From: an uncultured Candidatus Peribacteria bacterium
GTDB lineage: Bacteria; Patescibacteriota; Gracilibacteria; Peribacterales; Peribacteraceae
Direction of reading: 5' to 3'
DNA length: 40,807 bases
Assembly (NCBI GenBank): GCA_964628345.1
Contig: CAZVLZ010000002.1
Span: forward strand, 1 to 40,807
The stretch's first letter is position 1. Each line of letters opens with the position of its first letter. The notes beneath the pieces are model-generated. The model did not search any database. It was not told the origin of the DNA and saw only the letters and a program-made list of their open reading frames with translations. Below, piece by piece: positions 18,255 through 26,056 of the stretch. The translations under genes and the position numbers were made by a program.

Positions 18255-18549
18255 GCACACTTGTCTCTACCAAGGAATTGCACTGGAGATATCGTCAAAA
18301 GAGATCATCGTGGAGGATCGAATTGCCTCTGTTCAAATGCGAGACACCGAGCTGCCTGTTCACGGTTCAGGGCACGGTGTCGACGCAAAGACATTTCCTG
18401 CCGCTCGATAGGCGGAGGCTTTTCGGGTAGGAAATCGGCCCGCACGGGCGGATGGAGGCGGGTATGAATGTCCGGGTGCAGCGATCGGAGCATCAAAGAA
18501 TCTATACCGCATTCTCCTGAAGGGACAACGCTCTTCACGGTGTCGCCGT

Positions 18550-19440
18550 TTACTGCAACAGGGAGCCAGATTCCCCAATGAAGCGCATTTCAAGTTCCAG
18601 TGGTTTGCCCGTGCGTTCGCGGATTGTCTCGACCAGTCGGCTGGCATCTGCGAATGTCCCGTTGCCCGTATTGATGAGGAAGTTCGCATGTTTATCGCTC
18701 ACCTGAAGGTCACCCACCCTGTAACCCTTCAGTCCTGCCGCATCGATGATTTTCCATGCGGGCGTTCCCTCTACCGCTTTGAAGCAGGAGCCGGCTGTGC
18801 GTGTGAAGGGCTGGGCGACAGTGCGTTTTTTCAAGAGGATGCCGATATCCTGCTCAATATCTTTCGCCGCGCGCGATGGTACGGAGAGTGTCACTTTCCA
18901 TAGAAGAGGATTGTTCAGTTTTTTGAAAATGCTCTCTCTGTAGCCAAATCCGCATTCTTCCCGCGAGAGGGTCTTCCATTCCCCTTCAAGAAAGACGGTC
19001 ACGGTCTGCACAAAGTGATCGATCCACGTGCCCTGGGGTCCCTGCCCTGCATTGCCGAAGATCGCTCCTCCAACGGTTCCCGGGATGCCGGATACAGCAG
19101 AAAGATCCAGCCCGCGTTTGGCGAGATGTGTCACGACAGTGGCGAGCGAAGCTCCGGCTTCCGCCCGCACGGTGTTGCCGCTGACTTCGATGCTCTTGGC
19201 CACCACCCGCACAACAAGCGCCTCGATGGTTCCGTCCGCGAAGATGGTGTTCGACCCGGCGCCGAGCACGATCATGGGGATTCCTTTGCTCTGCGCGAAC
19301 TGCATCGCCTCTTCGGCGTCCCGTTGTGTCTGCAGTTCCGTGTAGTACCGCGCATTGCCGCCAATGCGCATGGTGGTTTTTGGCGCGAGGGGGATGCGTT
19401 CCTGGATCTGCATTGCGGGAATAGTGTACAGAGTACTCAT
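18550..19440 (-). CDS. murB: UDP-N-acetylenolpyruvoylglucosamine reductase
   Basis: Start trimmed to MSTLYTIPAM (alternative: M at 19467). FAD-binding region LAPKTTMRIGGNARY...VLGAGSNTIF. C-terminal GSCFK motif. Confidence 0.9.
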   Translation of the reverse strand: MSTLYTIPAMQIQERIPLAPKTTMRIGGNARYYTELQTQRDAEEAMQFAQSKGIPMIVLGAGSNTIFADGTIEALVVRVVAKSIEVSGNTVRAEAGASLATVVTHLAKRGLDLSAVSGIPGTVGGAIFGNAGQGPQGTWIDHFVQTVTVFLEGEWKTLSREECGFGYRESIFKKLNNPLLWKVTLSVPSRAAKDIEQDIGILLKKRTVAQPFTRTAGSCFKAVEGTPAWKIIDAAGLKGYRVGDLQVSDKHANFLINTGNGTFADASRLVETIRERTGKPLELEMRFIGESGSLLQ

Positions 19441-19470
19441 TACTTTCTCTTTGATTTTACCCTCCATCCC

Positions 19471-19578
19471 CCCGCCCGTACCGATCTTCGGTACGGATCG
19501 GGCGGGCCGCCCCTTCCTCCCCGGGAGGAAGGGGAAATTTTTCCATAAAACTGTTCCCCCTCTCCTCGGGAGAGGGGG
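19471..19578. repeat. cluster of three perfect GC-rich hairpins (palindromic elements)
   Basis: A, 19471-19506: CCCGCCC/GGGCGGG enclosing GTACCGA-tct-TCGGTAC. B, 19510-19534: CCCCTTCCTCC-ccg-GGAGGAAGGGG. C, 19556-19578: CCCCCTCTCC-tcg-GGAGAGGGGG. Followed by the direct repeat GGGGGAGAGGTT x2 (19582-93, 19616-27). Confidence 0.85.
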
Positions 19579-19642
19579 CAAGGGGGAGAGGTTTGCGAAA
19601 AAAAGAGAGGAGGTTCGGGGGAGAGGTTGGATGCAAAGAGCT

Positions 19643-20107
19643 TTATTTTTTGGATAAGAACTGCGCCGTGCGTTCCATTGCGTCCGCAATGCGCTGCGCA
19701 CGGGCCAATTTTTGCATGCGTGCGAGGACGGAGGTCAGGACGGCCAATCCGACCAGTCCTCCTGCAACGAGCATGAGTTCCCGTGTGCCCAGTCTGTAGT
19801 CCAACATGGCGAGTGCCACTTGAGCCAGCGCGAAGAGGAAAATGCCGAAGAGCGTCCCCACCCCCAATGTGACGATGATGAGGTGTGTGCGGTTTTCTTG
19901 GCTGTCCTGCGGGGCGCTGGCGAGCTGCGTGAGGAGCTCGCTTGAGAGGATCACCGGTTCCTTATCCCATTGCTTGAACAGCTGGAAGACTTTGCGCTGC
20001 AGTACGAGGCTGACAAAAGTGCGGAAGGGGACCGATGTTTTGCCGGTGATGACGGCTTTGCTCTGTTCCGTTCGAAGTTCCACTTCAAGATCGGCGGTTT
20101 CGGACAT
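19643..20107 (-). CDS. hypothetical membrane protein (two C-terminal TM helices)
   Basis: 154 aa. Hydrophobic segments LIIVTLGVGTLFGIFLFALAQVALAML and LMLVAGGLVGLAVLTSVLA. C/T-rich leader ttttccccctgacccATG. Confidence 0.65.
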   Translation of the reverse strand: MSETADLEVELRTEQSKAVITGKTSVPFRTFVSLVLQRKVFQLFKQWDKEPVILSSELLTQLASAPQDSQENRTHLIIVTLGVGTLFGIFLFALAQVALAMLDYRLGTRELMLVAGGLVGLAVLTSVLARMQKLARAQRIADAMERTAQFLSKK

Positions 20108-20137
20108 GGGTCAGGGGGAAAACGGCGATATCGTACC

Positions 20138-20320
20138 TCATTTCTTTCCCTCCGGCGCAGCACATGCGCGCACGGCCTCTGCTGCGCAGTATCGATGGCC
20201 TGCGACGGTCATCAATGCGCGCTGTTGCGGCGTGAGCTGCCCCGTTCTCATCGCATTGACGAATGTAAGACACTCTGGTAGTTGCCTCAATTCGCGTGGT
20301 TGTTGTGGTTCCGGACTCAT
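20138..20320 (-). CDS. small hypothetical protein, 60 aa (MSPEPQQPRELRQLPECLTFVNAMRTGQLTPQQRALMTV...)
   Basis: Internal ATG of the 107-aa track ORF, located after the gltX stop. TGTTATACT ends 6 nt upstream of the ATG, suggesting a leaderless transcript. 30 nt upstream of the membrane-protein gene. Confidence 0.45.
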   Translation of the reverse strand: MSPEPQQPRELRQLPECLTFVNAMRTGQLTPQQRALMTVAGHRYCAAEAVRACAAPEGKK

Positions 20321-20326
20321 GTCGCG

Positions 20327-20335
20327 AGTATAACA
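20327..20335 (-). promoter_or_regulatory. candidate extended -10 (TGTTATACT) 6 nt from a start codon
   Basis: Minus-strand sequence gtgTTATACTcgcgacATG, read directly. Confidence 0.4.
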
Positions 20336-20348
20336 CAAGCCGTTCGTC

Positions 20349-21818
20349 TCACCGGAAGAGCGCCCGTGTGGCCTCCAAACGCAGGAGCGTCGTCTCTTTT
20401 CCCAGTGCTGCTGCCACCTCAAAGGCGCCAGGGCTATAGGGCTGGCCAGTAAGAGCGGCACGAAGCGGCCAAAGCAATTGTCCCTGTGAGAGCGCCTCTT
20501 TTTTGGCGCATGCCTGAAGTTTTTCTTTCAGTGTTTCTATCGTCCATTCATCCCCAGTAACTTTCTCCAGGGTTTCGACCAGCACTTTGAGAATTTTCGG
20601 CAGCAATTCCTTCGTGACTTTCTGTTTTACGTTTGCGAGAAGATCCACATTTACTTTCGGGTCCAGATAGAAGAACGCGAGCATGTCGGGCCCCTCTTTC
20701 AGGAACGTGACGCGTTCGTGGACGAGCGCTGCTTTGTCTTTGAAATGCGCATCGTGCGCGGCTTCCGGAAAGCGTTCCGCAGTGAGCATCTGCAGCCGGT
20801 CTGCAAATTCCGCAAGCGGGAGTTTGCGGATCCACTGGCCCTGCAGCCAATCCAGCTTGGTCAGGTCGAAGATTGCCCCTGCCTTCTGCACGCGTTCCAG
20901 TGAGAAGGCTTCCACGAGCTCCGGGAGCGAGAAGATCTCCTGCTCCGATCCGGAATTCCAGCCGAGGAGCGCGAGAAAGTTGAGCAGGGCTTCGGGCAGG
21001 TAGCCTTTGTCGATGTACTCCTCGGCGGCTACGGACTGCTGACGCTTGCTCAATTTCGTCCGGTCTTTATTGAGCAGGAGCGGGACGTGGGCGTACTTCG
21101 GCGGTTGCCAGCCCATGTATTCGAACAGCAGGAGGTGCTTGGGCGTGGAGCTGAGCCATTCTTCTCCACGGATGACGATGTCGATGTCCATCAGATGATC
21201 ATCCACTACGTGCGCGAGGTGGTACGTGGGAAAACCGTCGCTCTTGATGAGCACCTGATCATCCACCGTGTGTCCCTGAAACGTCACCTCGCCGCGGATT
21301 TCGTCCGTGTAGGTGAAGGTACGGTCATGCGGGACCAGGAGGCGAAGCACGTGGGCATCGCCGTGCGCCAGTCGTTCTTCCGCTTCATTTTTAGGCAAGT
21401 GCGCGCAGTGCCGGTCGTACATAGGAGCCTGTTTGCGGGCCATCTGATCCTCGCGCATCTTCGTCAATCGTTCCGGCGTGCAGAAGCACGGGTAGGCATG
21501 GCCGTTCTTCAACAGTTGCTGCGCGAATTTGCGGTAGAGATCCAGCCGTTCCGATTGGATGTACGGTCCCTTCGTGCCTTCCTGCGCGATAATGCCCTTG
21601 CGTATCATCACTCCTTCATCCGGATCGATCCCCGCCCAGTGTAGAGTGCGCAGGATATTCTCCACTGCCCCTTCGACACTGCGTCCCTGATCTGTGTCTT
21701 CAATGCGCAGGAGAAACCGTCCTTTCGTCTGTCTGGCAAGCAGGTACGCGAAGAGCGCAGTCCGCAGCCCGCCCACATGCAAGAATCCGGTGGGGGAGGG
21801 GGCAAAACGGGTACGCAC
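20349..21818 (-). CDS. gltX: glutamate--tRNA ligase
   Basis: PSPTGFLHVGGLRTALF (HIGH region) and KLSKRQ (KMSKS). I place the start at GTG 21818, giving MRTRFAPSPTG. The track ORF extends to a GTG at 21899, which is less likely. Confidence 0.93.
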   Translation of the reverse strand: MRTRFAPSPTGFLHVGGLRTALFAYLLARQTKGRFLLRIEDTDQGRSVEGAVENILRTLHWAGIDPDEGVMIRKGIIAQEGTKGPYIQSERLDLYRKFAQQLLKNGHAYPCFCTPERLTKMREDQMARKQAPMYDRHCAHLPKNEAEERLAHGDAHVLRLLVPHDRTFTYTDEIRGEVTFQGHTVDDQVLIKSDGFPTYHLAHVVDDHLMDIDIVIRGEEWLSSTPKHLLLFEYMGWQPPKYAHVPLLLNKDRTKLSKRQQSVAAEEYIDKGYLPEALLNFLALLGWNSGSEQEIFSLPELVEAFSLERVQKAGAIFDLTKLDWLQGQWIRKLPLAEFADRLQMLTAERFPEAAHDAHFKDKAALVHERVTFLKEGPDMLAFFYLDPKVNVDLLANVKQKVTKELLPKILKVLVETLEKVTGDEWTIETLKEKLQACAKKEALSQGQLLWPLRAALTGQPYSPGAFEVAAALGKETTLLRLEATRALFR

Positions 21819-21837
21819 GAGAGGAGGGAAACGGAAA

Positions 21838-21941
21838 AGAGGAAAGAGGAACGTTTGCGGATCAAAAACCTCACGACGGATATACCCTAGCGTTCTCACT
21901 TTCCACTTTCCACTTACATCTTTCCTCTTTCCTCTTTCCTC
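21838..21941 (-). promoter_or_regulatory. gltX leader with heptad repeats complementary to its own initiation region
   Basis: TTTCCTC x3 on the plus strand at 21921-21941 (GAGGAAA x3 in the mRNA). This is complementary to GAGGAAAGAGGAA at 21838-21850, which is the C/T-rich stretch just upstream of the GTG start in the mRNA. CTTTCCAC/TTTCCAC also occurs at 21899-21913. Confidence 0.4.
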
Positions 21942-22604
21942 TTATTTCACCTCCACCGTGAACGTGACCGGTTCCGCGGGCTGCTCGCGCTCGCCGGTTT
22001 GTACCTGACTGATGGCGTCCACCACATCCATGCCCTCTGTCACATGGCCGAAGGGTGTGTGCTTACCCACGAGCCACGGCGTGCCATCGGCACGCGTGAT
22101 GATGAAGAACTGGCTACCGTTGGTATCGGGGCCGCGGTTGGCCATGGCGATCGCTCCGCGTGCGAGAGGGATGGGATTATTCGCCGTTTCGTCTTCAAAC
22201 GTCGGGCCGAAAACACTCGCTCCCCCCGTTCCGTTTCCGTTGGGATCGCCTCCCTGAATCATGAAATCCTTGATGACACGATGGAAGGTGAGCCCGTTGT
22301 AGTAACCGATGCGCGACAGCACGACGAAGTTCGTGACCGTTTTGGGAGCGCTGTCCGCGTCCAGCTCCAGCGTCACATCACCCATGCTCGTGCGCAGGAT
22401 GACCGTGTGCTTGCCGGTGAGGAGCGTTCCGTCAAAGATGGATTCGATGGTGGGAGGCACGTTTTCGGGAGGAACACCAGATTCCGGAGGAGTCGTCTCT
22501 CCAGGGACGGATGGGGTTTCTTCTGCCGGCGTATTCTGCTGCCCGCACCCCACAAGGAGAGCAAGCGCAAAAAGCGGGATGAGGAAGACGTAGTACTTTT
22601 TCAT
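21942..22604 (-). CDS. ppiB: peptidyl-prolyl cis-trans isomerase, cyclophilin type, lipoprotein
   Basis: FHRVIKDFMIQGGDP and the wider cyclophilin core. N-terminal signal with lipobox LLVGC. Confidence 0.92.
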   Translation of the reverse strand: MKKYYVFLIPLFALALLVGCGQQNTPAEETPSVPGETTPPESGVPPENVPPTIESIFDGTLLTGKHTVILRTSMGDVTLELDADSAPKTVTNFVVLSRIGYYNGLTFHRVIKDFMIQGGDPNGNGTGGASVFGPTFEDETANNPIPLARGAIAMANRGPDTNGSQFFIITRADGTPWLVGKHTPFGHVTEGMDVVDAISQVQTGEREQPAEPVTFTVEVK

Positions 22605-22637
22605 AGGACCCGCGGCAGGCTACTCGTCAAAGCCGGT

Positions 22638-23684
22638 TCAGGCAAGTTGCCGGGCAATGACAACAGCTATTTGTCGAGCTGCCTCCGGTTTGCATAGCGT
22701 CCGGATCGCGCTTGCCATCATACGGCGGGAATCCGTTGCCTCGATGAGATGACGCACGGTCGAAGTCAATGACTTCGACAAACGTTCCTGCTCCAACAAA
22801 ATGCATCCTCCGGACGCAACCGCGGCTTCGGCATTGCGGCGTTGGTGATCGTGCGCAACGCCTTCCAGCGGCACGAGTATGGTCGGCAGGCCGACCGCTG
22901 CCAGTTCCATGAGTGTCGTGGCTCCCGCGCGACTGAGTGCGAGATCCGCGGTCGCAAAGAGATGCGGATACTCTTCGGCGGCGAACGGACACTGCCAGTA
23001 ACCGGGAGGATTGCCGACGACCGTTTCTTTGCCTCTGCCCGTGAGGTGGATGATCTCGCAGCAGTCGAGCAATTCCGGCAGATGGCGCGCCACAGCCCGG
23101 TTGATTGCGAGCGCACCCTGGCTGCCGCCCACCACCAGCAGGACCGGGCGCGTGCGTGACAGGCCGGTGATCGTGAGTCCCCGCTGGCGGGAGCCTGCTG
23201 TCATGTCCTCTCGAATGGGGATGCCCGTGAAGACGGCTTTGGGGCTTTTGATACTTCCTTCGAAGCCCGTGCAGATCGCCGCCGCCCACCGGCCGACGAT
23301 CCAGTTGGCCCATCCGCTCACGGTGTCTGATTCATGAAGAACAATGGGAATTCCAAGGCCCCTGGCGGCGAAGCAGACCGGCACGCTCACATATCCTCCT
23401 TTACTGAACACGGCTGCAGGTTTCATTTCTTGCAGAATGCGGCGTGCCTTCTGCGTGGCGGAGAAGAAGGCGACGGGAAATCGCCACGAGAGTCGGGGGG
23501 CTTCGATGGTGGTGACGGGGAATCCCGCCTGCGTCACGAAAGCAGCATCCTCCGGCCGCGTACTGACGATGAAATGCGCTTCCGCGTCCGGCCGGAGTGT
23601 GCGGAGCGCCTTCGCCACCGCGATGCCTGGGGCGATGTGCCCGAGTGAACCTCCGCCGGTGAACAGCACACGTTGAGGGGACAT
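22638..23684 (-). CDS. murG: undecaprenyldiphospho-muramoylpentapeptide beta-N-acetylglucosaminyltransferase
   Basis: Start trimmed to MSPQRVLFTGGGSLGHIAPGIAVAKAL. C-terminal SRAGATTLMELAAVGLPTILVP. Lies next to ftsW. Confidence 0.92.
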   Translation of the reverse strand: MSPQRVLFTGGGSLGHIAPGIAVAKALRTLRPDAEAHFIVSTRPEDAAFVTQAGFPVTTIEAPRLSWRFPVAFFSATQKARRILQEMKPAAVFSKGGYVSVPVCFAARGLGIPIVLHESDTVSGWANWIVGRWAAAICTGFEGSIKSPKAVFTGIPIREDMTAGSRQRGLTITGLSRTRPVLLVVGGSQGALAINRAVARHLPELLDCCEIIHLTGRGKETVVGNPPGYWQCPFAAEEYPHLFATADLALSRAGATTLMELAAVGLPTILVPLEGVAHDHQRRNAEAAVASGGCILLEQERLSKSLTSTVRHLIEATDSRRMMASAIRTLCKPEAARQIAVVIARQLA

Positions 23685-23722
23685 GATGGTTCCGGGTCTT
23701 GCATCATACAGTGCGCTTTCCT

Positions 23723-24952
23723 TCATGCGCGCGAGAAAGAGGAGGTTCTTTTCTCCGTTCTCCGTGCGGACGCAGCGGCCTGCGTGGAATGCATGGAAAT
23801 ATTGAGCAGGACGCCGACAGCGATGAGGAGAGAGAAGAGAGAGGAGCCGCCGTAACTGATGAAGGGAAGGGTGATGCCGGTGAGCGGGAAGAGTGACAGG
23901 TTGACGGCGATATTGAGTATCGTCTGAAAAGCGATCCACGTCGTGATGCCTGTGGCGACGAGAAAACCGAAGCGATCCGGCGCCTCACGCGCGATTTTGT
24001 ACCCGCGCCAGATGAAGATGCCGAACATCGACACGATGATGAGCAGGCGAAAGAAGCCGAGCTCCTCCGCCATGGCGGCGAAGATCGTGTCTGCCTGCAC
24101 CTCAGGCAGGTAACCGAATTTCTGCACGGATTTTCCGTAGCCGACGCCGAATGCTCCTCCGCTGCCGATGGCGATGAGCGCCTGCTTGATTTGAAAGCCT
24201 ATGGTTTCGGAAATCGAGGGATCGGAGGGCGAGAGAAAGGCGCGGAAGCGATTACGGATGTAATCCTTCTGCAGAATGAGAGGCAGCCCGAGGATCCCCG
24301 CCATCGTGCCGCCCAGGATCACGTGCCCGATGTTGCCGCCTGCCACGAAGAACATGACGACCGCGATGGAAGTGAGCACGAGAAACGATCCCAGGTCCGG
24401 CTGAATCGCGACCAGAATCGTGCTCAAGCTCAGGAGTGTGGCGAAAGGGACGAATCCCTCTTTCCACGTGCCGATGAGCTGTTCGCGTTTCTGCAGCCAC
24501 AGAGCGAGGTAGAAAATGAGCGTCAGCTTGAGCAGTTCCGATGGCTGCATTGAGAAGAACCCCAACCGGAGCCAGCTCTGCGATGTTCCCCACTCCGCTC
24601 CGAGTCCCGGAATGAAGAGGGCGACGAGGAGCAGGAGCGTTGCCCCGAAGAGCGGGAAGGCAAGCTTTCGCCACAGGTTATAGGGGATGAGCATGGTGAA
24701 TCCCATCGCGCCAAAGCCGAAGAACACGTGGCGGAAACTCCGCCAGAGGTAGAAGGAATTGCTCGGCGCATCCCGCAGGCCCTGTGAGACAAGGCGTTGC
24801 GTGATCTGGTAACTCTCGAACACGCTCACGCTCGAAATCATGGCGAGCCCGAACAGCGTCAACACGACCGTAATGCCAAGCAGAAGAAAGTCCGTGCGGC
24901 GGAACATGAGGTCGAAAGCATAGCATGGGATGACGACCATTACTCTCTCCAT
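23723..24952 (-). CDS. ftsW: SEDS-family peptidoglycan glycosyltransferase FtsW (FtsW/RodA)
   Basis: 409-aa polytopic membrane protein with the SMQPSELLKL, PDLGS, LPEVQADTIFA and LPFISYGGSSL motifs. The start may be an internal M (24940 or 24907). Confidence 0.9.
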   Translation of the reverse strand: MERVMVVIPCYAFDLMFRRTDFLLLGITVVLTLFGLAMISSVSVFESYQITQRLVSQGLRDAPSNSFYLWRSFRHVFFGFGAMGFTMLIPYNLWRKLAFPLFGATLLLLVALFIPGLGAEWGTSQSWLRLGFFSMQPSELLKLTLIFYLALWLQKREQLIGTWKEGFVPFATLLSLSTILVAIQPDLGSFLVLTSIAVVMFFVAGGNIGHVILGGTMAGILGLPLILQKDYIRNRFRAFLSPSDPSISETIGFQIKQALIAIGSGGAFGVGYGKSVQKFGYLPEVQADTIFAAMAEELGFFRLLIIVSMFGIFIWRGYKIAREAPDRFGFLVATGITTWIAFQTILNIAVNLSLFPLTGITLPFISYGGSSLFSLLIAVGVLLNISMHSTQAAASARRTEKRTSSFSRA

Positions 24953-24958
24953 CCTTCG

Positions 24959-24986
24959 GTAGGGTCATGGCATGCCGTGACCCTAC
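24959..24986. other. perfect 9-bp inverted repeat just upstream of ftsW
   Basis: GTAGGGTCA-tggcatgccg-TGACCCTAC. The loop is itself palindromic (GGCATGCC). Lies between the GT2 stop and the ftsW start. Confidence 0.5.
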
Positions 24987-25037
24987 GCTGTTGAGTTTTA
25001 TTTCTACGTCGCTTATTCAGGGCGAACTGAAGACCGC

Positions 25038-26000
25038 CTAGGCATGCTTTTTGATATTTGCCGGTCGTTGGTTTCTTATTGCTTTCCTCATTCCCCGTAA
25101 GAAAGCCCGCTGGTGTTTTCCGCTCATGGTCGGCAGGAGTGATCGCGCACGGAGTGCCATGCGCCTGACCACAGAAATTTTCTTTCGAAAATCGGGAACC
25201 TTCTGTGCGAACAGGACGAGCGACTGCCCCAGCGTTTCCATCCGCGCGAGGGACTGTTCCAATGTCATGTGATGGTGGTGCAGGGCCTTGGCATCCGGCT
25301 CGTAGTACAGGCGGATTCCCGTCTGCTTCATCCGGAACCCCCATTCGATGTCCTCCCAACCGTAGAGTGTCATATCCTCGCGGAAGCGGAACTGACGCGC
25401 GATGTCCGTTGGCACACTGATATTGCTCGTATAGGTGAAGTGTTCCTGAATTTTGGTTGGAAGGAACGCATGCGCGTATTGCGCGATCTGCGGATACCCG
25501 AACTGCCAGCCACTCCGCTCGAGCCAGCGCATGACCGGGGTGATTTCCACGACCGGGTCCCATGTGACGAAGCCGAGAACGGCGGTTTGCGTATTGTCAG
25601 GCAGCCCTCTATCCCCCGCCCCCTTTCTCCCGCCGGGAGAAAGGGGAGTTTTCTCTTTTGTGAGACCGGCATGCGCGGCGAGGTTTTTTTCACAGGCATC
25701 CGGTTCCAGAAGAATGTCATCGCCGATGAAGAGGACAAATGGCGCGTGCGCGTGTTTCACACCGAAGTTCCGCGCGACCCCCTGCTGGGATTTGGGAATC
25801 TCGAGATAGGTGATAGGGGGGAGGAGGAAGGAGGAAGGATCCTTGAAGAGAGCTGCCGTTTCGGGATCCGGGCCGTCGCTCACCACGATCACTTGGAGCT
25901 CATCCGCGATGGTTTGCCGCTCCAAGCACTGCAAGCAGAGGCGGAGAATCTGCGGTCTCCTGAACGTTGGAATGACAATGGAAAGGGAAGGCATAGTCAC
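25038..26000 (-). CDS. family 2 glycosyltransferase
   Basis: LSIVIPTFRRPQ...VIVVSDGPD and a DDILLEP-type acidic motif. The start is GTG 26000 or ATG 25994. Confidence 0.85.
   Translation of the reverse strand: MTMPSLSIVIPTFRRPQILRLCLQCLERQTIADELQVIVVSDGPDPETAALFKDPSSFLLPPITYLEIPKSQQGVARNFGVKHAHAPFVLFIGDDILLEPDACEKNLAAHAGLTKEKTPLSPGGRKGAGDRGLPDNTQTAVLGFVTWDPVVEITPVMRWLERSGWQFGYPQIAQYAHAFLPTKIQEHFTYTSNISVPTDIARQFRFREDMTLYGWEDIEWGFRMKQTGIRLYYEPDAKALHHHHMTLEQSLARMETLGQSLVLFAQKVPDFRKKISVVRRMALRARSLLPTMSGKHQRAFLRGMRKAIRNQRPANIKKHA
25620..25646. repeat. perfect 12-bp-stem palindrome inside the GT2 CDS
   Basis: CCCCTTTCTCCC-gcc-GGGAGAAAGGGG, 27 nt = 9 codons, encoding PLSPGGRKG within the low-complexity loop KEKTPLSPGGRKGAGDRG. 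Confidence 0.85.
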
Positions 26001-26056
26001 AGCGTACAGCTTATAACTTTTGGCTGAGAGCTTTTAGCGGTATTCTTGGCTCTCTC

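Noticed and set aside
18255-18549. 295-nt convergent spacer between the 231-aa ORF and murB as a tRNA or sRNA gene. Includes track ORFs 18224-18430, 18261-18467 and 18305-18538
   Set aside because: No T-arm or D-arm consensus, no strong conserved-looking structure, and the ORFs have atypical composition. The only structure is a weak hairpin with T4 at 18397-18423, possibly a terminator. Left unannotated.
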